Positions 19,092 through 28,696 are shown, counted from the first letter of the stretch. The stretch is 64,000 bases of DNA from Sumerlaeia bacterium (GCA_040219255.1 JAVJSW010000039.1:1-64000), one strand, 5' to 3'. Translations and numbers: made by a program. The notes: generated from the sequence alone by a model not told the origin.

Positions 19092-20312
19092 TTACGTCGG
19101 CCGATAGACCTTCCCCGGCGCCTGCTTCACGAGGCCCTTCAACTCCAGCGTTAACAAGGCCGTGGCGAGTTGACCGAGGCTGAGGGTGGCGTCGGCGGTG
19201 AGGCTGGCGACGAGGGCGTCGTAGGGCTGTTCGCTGTGGCGGATGGTGGAGAGGACGCGGGCTTCCGCCGGGGAGAGGCCGGGGGGCGGGGCGTCGTCGG
19301 CGGGGGGCGGGGCGAGGGGAGCGGCGGCTTCTCGCTGGCGTTTGAGGTCGGCCAGTTCGCGAGTCAGGTAAAGCTCCAGGTCCTGGACCACATCGAGGGC
19401 GCAGGTGCAGACGAGGGCGCCGTCGCGCAGGAGCTGGTTCGAGCCGCGGCTGTTCGCGCGGGAGACGTCACCGGGGACGGCGAAGACTTCGCGGCCTTCG
19501 TCGAGGGCGGCGCGGGCGGTGACGAGGGCGCCGCTTTTTTCGGAGGCTTCGACGACGACGACGGCGGAGCTGAGGCCGGCGATGAGGTGGTTGCGGGCGG
19601 GAAAGTGGTGACGAAGCGGCTTGGTCAGAGGCGGATAGGCGGAGACGAGGGCGCATTCCGCAGCGATGCGGTCTCGCAGGGGGCCGTTGCCTTGCGGGTA
19701 GTCTTGCTCGAGGCCGCAGCCCGCCACGCCCAGGGTGCGGCCTCCGGCGTCGAGGGCGGCCTGGTGGGCGGCGGAGTCGATGCCGAGGGCGCAGCCGCTG
19801 ACGATGGTGAAAATGGGGGACAGATCGCGGGCGAGGGTCTTGGCGGTTTGCTGGGCGTAGGCGGTGGCGGCGCGGGGTCCGACGAGGGCGATGGCGAGGC
19901 GGTCCTCGGGCAGGAGCTGCCCCCGGACGAAGAGGGCCGGCGGGGGCTGGGCGATCTGGCGGAGGCTGTGGGGGAATTCGTCGTCGCCGGGTTCGAGGAG
20001 GCGCATGGCGGACTGGGCGAAGGCTTCTTCCTGGGCGCGGATTCGGGCGCGGTCACCTTGGGTTTCGCGAAGGCGGCGCAGGGCGTCGTCGCGCAGGTTG
20101 GCGACACGCTGGAGGTCGGCGTCGGTGGCGCCGAGGATGGCTTCGGGGGCGCCGTACTCGGCGAGAAGACGGTCGAGTTTGGGCCGGGGCAGGGCCGCAT
20201 CCAGCAAAACGAACCACGCCCGCAGCCGGTCGGAGGACACGGGCGCGGGCGTGGGCGTTTCGTCTTCAAAGGTGAGGGGCAGTTCGGCGGGGCCGGGCCC
20301 GTCGGGTCGCAT
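19092..20312 (-). CDS. dprA: DNA-processing protein DprA
   Basis: IALVGPR, IVSGCALGIDSAAH, FPARNHLIAGLS, VVEASEKSGALVTA, GREVFAVPG, GSNQLLRDGA, C-terminal LLTLELKG winged helix. Confidence 0.95.
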   Translation of the reverse strand: MRPDGPGPAELPLTFEDETPTPAPVSSDRLRAWFVLLDAALPRPKLDRLLAEYGAPEAILGATDADLQRVANLRDDALRRLRETQGDRARIRAQEEAFAQSAMRLLEPGDDEFPHSLRQIAQPPPALFVRGQLLPEDRLAIALVGPRAATAYAQQTAKTLARDLSPIFTIVSGCALGIDSAAHQAALDAGGRTLGVAGCGLEQDYPQGNGPLRDRIAAECALVSAYPPLTKPLRHHFPARNHLIAGLSSAVVVVEASEKSGALVTARAALDEGREVFAVPGDVSRANSRGSNQLLRDGALVCTCALDVVQDLELYLTRELADLKRQREAAAPLAPPPADDAPPPGLSPAEARVLSTIRHSEQPYDALVASLTADATLSLGQLATALLTLELKGLVKQAPGKVYRPT

Positions 20313-20314
20313 GG

Positions 20315-21313
20315 TTATCCAAAGACCGCGTACTGCACGGTGGACCGTGCGACGGCGCTGGGCGATTGGAGGATTATGAGGGCGTTTTCGTCGGTGAAGA
20401 CGGTGTAGTTGGCGAAGGCCGGGCTCTTGGTTTGATTGATGAGGAAGTTGTTGGCGAAGTTGCGGGGGTCTTTTTCGCGGAAGTAATAGAAGGCGTAGAC
20501 GCGAACGGGACCGTTGTCGGTGCGGAGGGTGGCGGCGCGATAGGCTTTCGCTTCGTTGAGGAAGGTTTCGCCGTTCTTGCCGAAGAGATCGAGCGGGGCG
20601 AAGGGACGGGCGGCGGCCTGCTGGGTGGTGTTCAGTTCGCTGAGTTGGATGTCGGGTGGCATCGTGGTCAGGCGTTCTTCCATGAATTTGTCGACGGTGC
20701 TGTAGGGACCGCCGAGGCCGATGCCGCGCTTGAAATCGAGGTAGGCGCCGAAGGGTTCGCCGACGGCTTTTTGCTCGCGGACCCAGTCCCAGGCGCTTTC
20801 CGGGGTGAGGAAAATGATACCGAGAATGACGGCGAGGACCACCGCCAGCTTGAAGTAGATCGACCGCAGGCCGCGACCCAGCATGGCCGTGAAGCGGTTT
20901 ACGGCCTTCTTCATGTTGTAGTTGAATTCGTTGATGTTTTCCAGGCGCTCGCGTTCGTCACGCAGGTGGGTGACGGTGTCGTCGAGGAGCATGTAGGCCT
21001 CGTGCCACTCGATTTCGACCTTCTTGGCGTCGGAGGGCGACATCTTGCGCAGGTGGCGCAGGGTAATCGAGCGGTTGACGAGTTCGATCATGTTCTGGGC
21101 GACTTTTTTTTCCGACTTCACGGCGGCCAGGAAACTGTCGTGGAGCATGGCGATGCGGGCCTTGGTATCCATGAAAGCTTGCTCGGTATCGGGGGTGACC
21201 GCCGATCCCGATTCGTCCTTAACGGCGGCCGAAAACATGTCGAGGTAATTTTTCCAGGCCTCGATCAATTCGGCGCAGTCGGCGTAGCGGCGTTCCACAA
21301 TGGGGTCTTTCAT
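20315..21313 (-). CDS. Hypothetical membrane protein (helical N-domain, one TM, C-terminal domain)
   Basis: Start MKDPIVERRY at 21313; TM LAVVLAVILGIIFL; stop 2 bp before the dprA start. Confidence 0.75.
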   Translation of the reverse strand: MKDPIVERRYADCAELIEAWKNYLDMFSAAVKDESGSAVTPDTEQAFMDTKARIAMLHDSFLAAVKSEKKVAQNMIELVNRSITLRHLRKMSPSDAKKVEIEWHEAYMLLDDTVTHLRDERERLENINEFNYNMKKAVNRFTAMLGRGLRSIYFKLAVVLAVILGIIFLTPESAWDWVREQKAVGEPFGAYLDFKRGIGLGGPYSTVDKFMEERLTTMPPDIQLSELNTTQQAAARPFAPLDLFGKNGETFLNEAKAYRAATLRTDNGPVRVYAFYYFREKDPRNFANNFLINQTKSPAFANYTVFTDENALIILQSPSAVARSTVQYAVFG

Positions 21314-21480
21314 GGGTTGTGAGCCTCTGTGTCTGTTGGTTTTGCCGAGCCATGGGGATGACGCGGCGGGGGGACTCCATGCCTGCCATAGAGACGCAAA
21401 GGGCCCGGCGTGGCAAGCACCATCCGGGCCCGGTCTGGGGTGGGTTTTCGGTGGGCGGCCGGTGGGCCGCGAGCCAGGGG

Positions 21481-22692
21481 TTAGCCGATCAGTTCCACCA
21501 TCTTGAACATCGGCATGAACATGGAAATCACGATCCAGCCGATGATGAGGCCCAGGCCCACGATCAGCAGCGGTTCGATGATGGATGTCAAAGCGGCGAC
21601 GGCCGCGTTGACCTGATCCTCGTAGAAGTCGGCGATCTTGCCGAGCATCGTTTCCAAGGCACCGGTGCGCTCGCCCACGTCGATCATGCGGGTCACCATG
21701 GGGGGGAAAATGCCCGAGTCGACGAGTGGCTTGGTGAGCGATTCGCCGTTCTGGATGCTGGTGCGGGTGTTCAGGACGGCCTTCTCGATGGCCATGTTGC
21801 CGGAGGTTTTGGCCGTGATTTCCAGCGCGTAAAGGATGTTCACGCCGGATCGGATCAGAGTCGAAAGGGTCCGGGTGAATTTGGCGATGGAGGACTTGAG
21901 AATGATCGGCCCGAAGATCGGGAGCCTGAGGAAGATCTTGTCCGTGTTGTACCTTCCGGATTTCGTCTTGCGGTACTGAATGAACGTCACCACCGCCGCG
22001 ATGATGATCAGGAGCAGCAGCCACCATCGCTTCTTCAGGAAATCCGAAAAGGCCAGGGTGACTCGTGTCGGGAAAGGCAGATCACCGCCCAGGTCGGCGA
22101 AAATGTCGGCGAAGACGGGCACGACGAAGATCATCAGGCCGACGGTGATGACGGTGGCGAAGAAGGTCACCACGGCCGGATAGACCAGGGCCGACTTCAC
22201 TTTGCGCTGAAGCTGGGAAATGCGCTCCAGGTAAACGGCGACCTGCTCGAGGATCGAGTCGAGCATACCGGAGGCTTCTCCGGCGCGGATCATGGAGATG
22301 TAGAAGACGCTGAACGTTCCGGCGTGTTTCACCATGGCTTCGGTCAGCGATTCGCCGCCTTCGACGTCGCGCTCGACCTGGCGGACGACATTGCGCAGGC
22401 TGATGCGCTCGGTCTGATCGGCCAGAATGTCGAGCACTTCGATCAGGGGAAGACCGGCGCGGATCATGACCGCCATCTGCTGAGAGAAGACCACCAGGTC
22501 GTCCACCTTGGTCCGGCCCTTCTTGCCCTTCTGCTTGGCGGACTTTTTCGAAGCACCGCCGGTTTTGATCTCGGTCGGCATCAGGCCCTTGTCGCGCAGC
22601 ATGCGCGCGACAGTGTTTTGATCGGTTGCTTCGGCCGTTCCGCTGACGACTCGGCCGTCGGCGGATCGGGCTACGTATTGGTAAACCGGCAT
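21481..22692 (-). CDS. pilC: Type IV pilus platform protein (T2SSF family)
   Basis: FSQQMAVMIRAGLPL, RAGEASGML, SALVYP, VGERTGAL, IIEPLLIV..MFMPMF. Confidence 0.93.
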   Translation of the reverse strand: MPVYQYVARSADGRVVSGTAEATDQNTVARMLRDKGLMPTEIKTGGASKKSAKQKGKKGRTKVDDLVVFSQQMAVMIRAGLPLIEVLDILADQTERISLRNVVRQVERDVEGGESLTEAMVKHAGTFSVFYISMIRAGEASGMLDSILEQVAVYLERISQLQRKVKSALVYPAVVTFFATVITVGLMIFVVPVFADIFADLGGDLPFPTRVTLAFSDFLKKRWWLLLLIIIAAVVTFIQYRKTKSGRYNTDKIFLRLPIFGPIILKSSIAKFTRTLSTLIRSGVNILYALEITAKTSGNMAIEKAVLNTRTSIQNGESLTKPLVDSGIFPPMVTRMIDVGERTGALETMLGKIADFYEDQVNAAVAALTSIIEPLLIVGLGLIIGWIVISMFMPMFKMVELIG

Positions 22693-22817
22693 GGTTGGGA
22701 TCGATTCTCCCTAAAATCTAGTTTCCAAGGAAAAGGGTCCTGTCAAAAGATCACTCCCGGGTCAAGCAAAGGAACCGCTGCGAAGAGAGCCTTTCGCTTT
22801 CTTCGCCGCGGCCCATG

Positions 22818-24587
22818 CTAGCTCTCGGCAGCGTAGATTTCGTCGGCGATGGTGCAGCCGAGAACTTCCTCGATGGGCGCCACGCCCTGCACCACCTTGG
22901 CCACACCGGCCATGCGCAGCGACCGCATGCCTTCCTCGATGGCTATTTTCTTGAGGATATTGACCGGCGTCGCGTTCGTGATGGCGTCCTTCAGACGCTC
23001 GTTCACGCTCATGATCTCATAGAGACCGACGCGGCCTTTGTTGCCCGAACCGCGGCAGGTGTCGCAGCCCGCCCCCTTGGCGAATTGAGTTCCGGGTTCG
23101 AGACCCAGTTCCTGAAGCAACGCCGGATCGGGGTCGTAGAGAGACTTGCAGTTCTTGCAGACGCGCCGGCTGAGGCGCTGGGCCTCCACCAGGATGAGCG
23201 ACGCGCTGATCAGGAAGGGCTCGACGCCCATGTTGGCGAGACGCTGGGGCGTGGAGGGCGCGTCGTTGGTATGGATCGTGGAAAGCACAAGGTGGCCGGT
23301 GAGGGCGGCTTTGACGGCGATGCCGCCCGTTTCCAGATCGCGAATTTCGCCGATCATGATGATGTCCGGGTCCTGGCGCAGGAAGCTCTTGAGACCCGCG
23401 GCGAAGGTCAGGCCGATCTTCGGATGGGCGGGAACCTGATTGATTCCTTTCAGGTTGTATTCGACCGGGTCCTCGATCGTGGAAATGTTCTTGGTCGGGT
23501 CGTTGATCGTCGAAAGAGCCGAGTAAAGCGTTGTCGACTTGCCCGAACCGGTCGGGCCGGTAATGAGCGCCATGCCCCACGGGCTGCGAATGGCGGCTTC
23601 GAGCTTGTTCATCTCGTCGGGATCGAAACCCAGATCGCCCAGATCGAGCATCAGGTTTCCGCCGTCGAGAATACGGATCACGATCTTTTCGCCGTGGATC
23701 ATGGGGCAGGTGGAAACACGGAAGTCGATGGGCCGGCCATTGGCGCGGATGCGGAAGCGGCCATCCTGGGGCAGGCGGCGCTCGGCGATGTCGAGTCCCG
23801 AGATGATCTTCGTGCGGGCGATGATGGCGTTCTGGAATTTCTTTGGCGGCGGGCTGAATTCGTAAAGCACGCCGTCGATGCGGTAGCGAAGCCGAATGGT
23901 TTTTTCGTAGGGTTCGATATGAATGTCGGAGGCGCCGAGCTTGATGGCTTCCGCCACGATGTTGTTGACCAGTTGGATAACGGGAGCGTCGTTGGCCTCG
24001 GCCTCGTCCCCGTCGGCGCCTTCTTCCTCCGGGTCGGCGAATTCCAGGCTGGTTTCCGCCTCCAGTTCCTCGCGCATCGAGCGGATGTCTTCGTCGGAGA
24101 TTTCCTTCAACATCTCATCGAACTGAGAGCCGGCGGCGTCCTGCGGATAGTAGCGGTTGATGGCCTCGACGATGTCGCTCTCGAAGGAAATCACCGGGGT
24201 GATCTCGCTGTTGGTCAGCAGCTTGAGTTCATCGAGGAGGTAGATGTTCGACGGGTCCGAGAGGGCGATCACCAGCGTCGTGACCTTGTTGTTCACTGTC
24301 TTGTCCACGGGGACGATCTTGTACTTGCGGACCAGGTGCGAGGGAATGGACTCGAGCACCATGCGGTCGATGTCGTAGTGCGAGAGGGTGATGAAGGGAA
24401 CGTTGAGCTGCTTGCCGAGGGCGGCGGCCATTTCCCATTCCGTCGCGATCCCTTCGTCCACCAGGATCCGGCCAAGACTGCTTCCCGACTCGGTCTGCCT
24501 CTGAAGAGCGGTTTCGAGATCGGTGGAGCTGATGACGCCGTCCTTGACGAGCATCTCTCCGAGTTTGCGTTCCATGGCCGTTGCCAT
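22818..24587 (-). CDS. pilB: Type IV pilus assembly ATPase
   Basis: MshEN-like N-terminus KLGEMLV; ASDIHIEP; GPTGSGKSTTLY; TIEDPVEY; LRQDPDIIMIGEIRD; tetra-Cys motif. Confidence 0.95.
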   Translation of the reverse strand: MATAMERKLGEMLVKDGVISSTDLETALQRQTESGSSLGRILVDEGIATEWEMAAALGKQLNVPFITLSHYDIDRMVLESIPSHLVRKYKIVPVDKTVNNKVTTLVIALSDPSNIYLLDELKLLTNSEITPVISFESDIVEAINRYYPQDAAGSQFDEMLKEISDEDIRSMREELEAETSLEFADPEEEGADGDEAEANDAPVIQLVNNIVAEAIKLGASDIHIEPYEKTIRLRYRIDGVLYEFSPPPKKFQNAIIARTKIISGLDIAERRLPQDGRFRIRANGRPIDFRVSTCPMIHGEKIVIRILDGGNLMLDLGDLGFDPDEMNKLEAAIRSPWGMALITGPTGSGKSTTLYSALSTINDPTKNISTIEDPVEYNLKGINQVPAHPKIGLTFAAGLKSFLRQDPDIIMIGEIRDLETGGIAVKAALTGHLVLSTIHTNDAPSTPQRLANMGVEPFLISASLILVEAQRLSRRVCKNCKSLYDPDPALLQELGLEPGTQFAKGAGCDTCRGSGNKGRVGLYEIMSVNERLKDAITNATPVNILKKIAIEEGMRSLRMAGVAKVVQGVAPIEEVLGCTIADEIYAAES

Positions 24588-24877
24588 CGGTGGAGCCTCC
24601 CATAATTACTAAACCGCGCCGAATCGACGCGCAATCAGCGGGCATCGTGGTCTCGGCCCGAGCGAGCCGATTTCCAGGACATTTTTCCCTCAAGGACTTT
24701 TCTGTCGCGCATGAAACAAGTCAACGGGAAAGGAATTCCAGGGCCATCCTCCGGCCCCCGCCAGGCGGCCCGGACGTTCTCTCGCCAACTGATTTTCCAG
24801 CCTTGACGTCGCCATCCTTTGCGGCATCCTGCGCCGCGCCCGAGGGCGTTTTTTCGAAAGGATTTCTCCACTCCGAA

Positions 24878-25786
24878 ATGGCTCTGACTCCCGAACCCCG
24901 CAAAGTGAAGCTCGGACTCGTCCAGATGGCGTGCAGCGACGACCCCGCCGCCAACACCGACAAGTGCCTCGCCCTCATCGAAAAAGCCGCGGAGCTTGGG
25001 GCGGACATCGTCTGCACCCAGGAGCTGTTCCGCTCGCCCTACCCCTGCCAGGAAGAAGAGCACGCCGTCTTCGACCTCGCCGAACCCCTGCCGGGCCCCA
25101 CCACGGACCGCCTCTCGGCCCTCGCCCGCGAGCACGGCATCGTCATCGTCAGCAGCCACTTCGAGCGCCGCGCCGCCGGCGTCTATCACAACACGGCCTG
25201 CGTGTTCGACGCCGACGGCACCCTTCTGGGCAAGTACCGCAAGATGCACATCCCGGACGATCCGCATTATTACGAGAAGTTCTACTTCACGCCCGGCGAA
25301 TCGAAGACGGAAAACCCGGAGGAAGGCGGCTTCCGCACCTTCGACACGGCATTCGGCCGCGTCGGCGTGCTGGTCTGCTGGGATCAATGGTACCCCGAGG
25401 CCGCCCGCCTGACAGCCCTGCGCGGCGCCGAAGTCCTCTTCTACCCCACCGCCATCGGCTGGCTGCTGGACGAAAAGGAAGAGTACGGCGAGCGCCAGCA
25501 CAGCGCCTGGGAAACCGTCCAGCGCGGCCACGCCGTCGCCAATGGCTGCTACGTCTGCGCCGTCAACCGCGTCGGCATCGAAGGCACCATCCAGTTCTGG
25601 GGCCAAAGCTTCGTCGCCGACCCGCAAGGCATTATCCTGCACCGCACCGACCGCGAGGACGAAGAAATCGCCATCGTGGAAATCGACCGCAAGTTCAGCG
25701 AAGTCGTCCGCCAACATTGGCCCTTCCTCCGTGACCGGCGCATCGACGCCTACGGAGAGTTGACGCGGCGGTTCATTGATAGGTAA
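24878..25786 (+). CDS. aguB: N-carbamoylputrescine amidase (nitrilase family)
   Basis: TQELF, YRKMHIPDDP.YYEKFYFTPG, VCWDQWYPEAAR, YPTAIGW, WPFLRDRR. Confidence 0.93.
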   Translation: MALTPEPRKVKLGLVQMACSDDPAANTDKCLALIEKAAELGADIVCTQELFRSPYPCQEEEHAVFDLAEPLPGPTTDRLSALAREHGIVIVSSHFERRAAGVYHNTACVFDADGTLLGKYRKMHIPDDPHYYEKFYFTPGESKTENPEEGGFRTFDTAFGRVGVLVCWDQWYPEAARLTALRGAEVLFYPTAIGWLLDEKEEYGERQHSAWETVQRGHAVANGCYVCAVNRVGIEGTIQFWGQSFVADPQGIILHRTDREDEEIAIVEIDRKFSEVVRQHWPFLRDRRIDAYGELTRRFIDR

Positions 25787-25812
25787 GCTTTGGGTGCTGT
25801 GAGGTGCGGGCC

Positions 25813-26337
25813 ATGAACCGATTGCAAGCCATCCTGATCCTGATTTCCCACCAGTCGGCGGGCGACCCCCTGTTTTGCCGGGCAAAGCTCGAGGGGCTCC
25901 TCTTTTTCGCCGAGCACCATCACCGTTCGCTTCATGGCGAGACTTTGACAGGTGAGGACTTTCTCGCTGGTGATCGCGGCCCGGTTTGCCGAACTCTCGA
26001 GCAGAAACTTGACGCGTTGCTCGCAAGCCAGGAACTGACAGCTTCAGTGACGAACTTCCACGAGATGACTGTCACGCGATTCGATGCCCCCGAAGCCTCC
26101 GCCCGGCGCGCGGAAGCACTCCTCGAAGAGCGGGCGAAAAAAACCATCTCGCGGATCGTCGCCTCCTATGCCGGAGACGACGCCAAGACCATCAATCACT
26201 TCGCTCAGCAGTTTCCCCCGTGGGAAGCGACGGCGTTCGGAGAAGCTATTCCGTGGCCGTCTGACCGTTTGGTTCCGGGCGAATTGCCTGACCACATGAA
26301 GCATGAGCTTGAGGAGCTTGCCAAAGCTCAGCAATGA
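25813..26337 (+). CDS. Panacea (DUF4065/SocA-like) antitoxin, copy 1
   Basis: AKLEGLLFFAE..H..LHGETLTGEDFLAGDRGPV..., A..I...Q..PW....GE.I pattern. Confidence 0.75.
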   Translation: MNRLQAILILISHQSAGDPLFCRAKLEGLLFFAEHHHRSLHGETLTGEDFLAGDRGPVCRTLEQKLDALLASQELTASVTNFHEMTVTRFDAPEASARRAEALLEERAKKTISRIVASYAGDDAKTINHFAQQFPPWEATAFGEAIPWPSDRLVPGELPDHMKHELEELAKAQQ

Positions 26338-26606
26338 TCGCTCACGTTGAAACCATGCAGTTTGTCCGCGATGCCAAGCGCATTACGGACAAAGGCCACG
26401 CCCAGCGTCTCGCCTCGGCGAAATTCGATATCATCGCGAACGTCAAGTCCGGCACATGGACCCGCTTTGCCCGGGCGACCGAGAGCGAAGGAATCTGGTG
26501 TACCACCCTTGAGGAACCATTGGGATTGGCCCCACCCCTCTACCTCTTCTACTCCGTCTCCAGCCAGACGATCACCTTTCATCGGGCGCTGCTCGGCACC
26601 ACATAA
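26334..26606 (+). CDS. Putative small toxin (RelE/ParE-like), copy 1
   Basis: 90 aa; ATGA overlap with the antitoxin; VETMQFVRDAK start and LYLFYSV..TITF beta-hairpin end. Confidence 0.55.
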   Translation: MIAHVETMQFVRDAKRITDKGHAQRLASAKFDIIANVKSGTWTRFARATESEGIWCTTLEEPLGLAPPLYLFYSVSSQTITFHRALLGTT

Positions 26607-26623
26607 CACGAAGCCAATCAAAT

Positions 26624-26780
26624 ATGTCCCTCACATCCCCCCAAACCCCCGCCGCCCTCGGCTACCGCATGCCCGCCGAATGGAAACCCCATCGCGGGAC
26701 GTGGCTGTCCTGGTCCGCCAACACTGGCCTTTCCGGCGCCCCGGCGCCCACAGAGAGTTGACTCGGCCGGCCATTGAAGA
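26624..26780 (+). pseudogene. Chimeric remnant: first 30 codons of aguA fused to a decayed aguB 3' end
   Basis: ATGTCCCTCACATCC... encodes MSLTSPQTPAALGYRMPAEWKPHRGTWLSW, then GTCCGCCAACACTGGCCTTTCC...GAGAGTTGACTCGGC matches 25706-25770 with indels. Confidence 0.85.
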
Positions 26781-26810
26781 GTACACTTCGACCCCTGAGA
26801 GGTGCGGGCC

Positions 26811-27335
26811 ATGAACCGATTGCAAGCCATCCTGATCCAACTCATCCATCTTTCCGCCGAAGATGCCTCGTTCTGTCACGCGAAACTCCAGGGGGTTCTG
26901 TTCCTTGCGGAGTTCGATTGGCATCAGAAGACCGCCGCTTCGTTCACCGGCGAAACATTCGTCGCCTTGGAGCAAGGGCCCATCTGCCCCGCCGCGGAAA
27001 GCGCACTGTCCAGCCTTCTGGCGGATGGTTCCGTCTCCGCCGCCGAGCGCCATTTCAATCAGTTGAGGGCGAAATCCTACGCCGCCTCGAAGTCCGCTGT
27101 CGATCGCACCCGGCAGTCGCTCTCGGATGCCGAGCGCGAGCATCTCAAATCGGTGATCTCCCCGTTCTCGAACTGGGATGCCAAGAACCTCCTGCGGCTG
27201 GCGCAGCAGTATCCCGGCTGGGAGGAAGCGGCTTACGGCGAGTCCGTTCCGCTGCCGGAGGGACGGTTGGTTCGCCCCGAGCACATTCCGCAGTTCATGC
27301 AGGAAGCCATACACGAAAGCGGCGTTGTCCAATAA
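26811..27335 (+). CDS. Panacea (DUF4065/SocA-like) antitoxin, copy 2
   Basis: AKLQGVLFLAEF..H..TAASFTGETFVALEQGPI..; same N-terminus MNRLQAILI as copy 1. Confidence 0.75.
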   Translation: MNRLQAILIQLIHLSAEDASFCHAKLQGVLFLAEFDWHQKTAASFTGETFVALEQGPICPAAESALSSLLADGSVSAAERHFNQLRAKSYAASKSAVDRTRQSLSDAEREHLKSVISPFSNWDAKNLLRLAQQYPGWEEAAYGESVPLPEGRLVRPEHIPQFMQEAIHESGVVQ

Positions 27336-27608
27336 ATGAGAGCGGCGGTCGAAACGATGCCGTTCGTTCGCGATGCCGAAAGCATCGTCCGGGCAGGCTA
27401 TGGCAAGTACCTTCAAAGTGCCACCTTCTCCGTCCGCTACTCCGTTGAAAAGGGCGATTGGCAAAATCATGCCCGGCCCACCGCCGAATCAGATATCTGG
27501 TGTACGGTCTGGAAAGCCGATTTCCTCTCGATCCCACCCCTCTACCTCTTCTACTCCGTCTCCAGCCAGACGATCACCTTTCATCGGGCGCTGCTCGGCA
27601 CCACATAA
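27336..27608 (+). CDS. Putative small toxin (RelE/ParE-like), copy 2
   Basis: 90 aa paralog of 26334-26606 with an identical last 24 aa (PPLYLFYSVSSQTITFHRALLGTT). Confidence 0.55.
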   Translation: MRAAVETMPFVRDAESIVRAGYGKYLQSATFSVRYSVEKGDWQNHARPTAESDIWCTVWKADFLSIPPLYLFYSVSSQTITFHRALLGTT

Positions 27609-27625
27609 CACGAAGCCAATCAACT

Positions 27626-28696
27626 ATGTCCTTATCCTCCCCCCAAACCCCCGCCGCCCTCGGCTATCGCATGCCCGCCGAATGGGAGCCCCATCGCGGG
27701 ACGTGGCTGTCCTGGCCGCACAAGGCCGACTCCTGGCCCGGCAAGTTCGAGACGATTCCGCCCGTCTACGCGGAAATCGTCCGCGCCCTCGCCCATCACG
27801 AGGAAGTCCACATCAACGTGGTTTCCGACGCCATGCAGCGCCAGGCCGAGGCCATCCTGCGCGACAGCGGCGCCCTCCTGCCGACGGTCTTTTTCCATCT
27901 CAACCCGACCGATGACGCTTGGGCCCGCGATCATGGGCCGATCTTTGTCGTGAAGGACGAGGCGCCGGGGCGGAGGTCGCTGGCGGTGACGGACTGGAAC
28001 TTCAACTCCTGGGGCGGTAAATACCCGCCCTTCGACCAGGACAACAAAGTCCCCGGCCGCATCGCCCGCGCCTTCGACTACCCGCACTTCGCGCCGGGCA
28101 TTGTCCTGGAAGGCGGCAGCATCGACGTCAACGGCGCGGGCACGGTGCTGACGACGGAGCAGTGCCTCCTGAACGAAAACCGCAACCCGCACCTCAGCCG
28201 CGAGCAAATCGAGCGGTACCTCAAGGACTACCTCGGCCTGCGCCACGTCATCTGGCTTGGCGACGGCATCGTCGGCGACGACACGGACGGCCACATCGAC
28301 GACCTGAGCCGCTTCGTCGGCCCCCGCACCGTCGTCACCGTGGTGGAGGACAACCCGGCGGACGAGAACTACGACCTGCTGCAACACAACCTGGGCCGCC
28401 TGAAAACCGCCACCGATCAGGACGGCCATCCGCTGAACGTGATCCAGCTCCCGATGCCCGCCCCGGTCTACTGCGAGGGCCATCGCCTGCCCGCCAGCTA
28501 TGCCAACTTCTACATCGCCAATGGTGTGGTCCTGATGCCGAGCTACCGCTGCGATCAGGACGCGGTGGCGCAGAGCATCCTGCAAAGCTGCTTCCCCGAC
28601 CGGACCGTGGTGGGCATCGATTGCACCGATTTGGTTTGGGGTCTGGGGGCGATCCACTGTATTTCCCAGCAGCACCCCGCCGAGGTCTTGCACTAG
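27626..28696 (+). CDS. aguA: Agmatine deiminase
   Basis: RMPAEWEPH, DDAWARDHGP, WNFNSWGGKY, LEGGSIDVNG, DDTDGHID, ASYANFY, GAIHCISQQ. Confidence 0.95.
   Translation: MSLSSPQTPAALGYRMPAEWEPHRGTWLSWPHKADSWPGKFETIPPVYAEIVRALAHHEEVHINVVSDAMQRQAEAILRDSGALLPTVFFHLNPTDDAWARDHGPIFVVKDEAPGRRSLAVTDWNFNSWGGKYPPFDQDNKVPGRIARAFDYPHFAPGIVLEGGSIDVNGAGTVLTTEQCLLNENRNPHLSREQIERYLKDYLGLRHVIWLGDGIVGDDTDGHIDDLSRFVGPRTVVTVVEDNPADENYDLLQHNLGRLKTATDQDGHPLNVIQLPMPAPVYCEGHRLPASYANFYIANGVVLMPSYRCDQDAVAQSILQSCFPDRTVVGIDCTDLVWGLGAIHCISQQHPAEVLH

Larger units (their letters stand above)
25706..27715 (+). repeat. Tandem duplication of a ~1.0 kb unit (aguB 3' end, antitoxin, toxin, aguA 5' end)
   Basis: 25801-25840 is identical to 26799-26838 (40 bp); 26531-26621 is identical to 27533-27623 (91 bp), and near-identity continues to 26713/27715; the interiors are diverged. 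Confidence 0.9.

Noticed and set aside
26531-27715. Diversity-generating retroelement TR/VR pair as explanation of the near-identical blocks
   Set aside because: No reverse transcriptase is present, the toxin C-terminal block has no mismatches, and the remaining mismatches are not adenine-specific.
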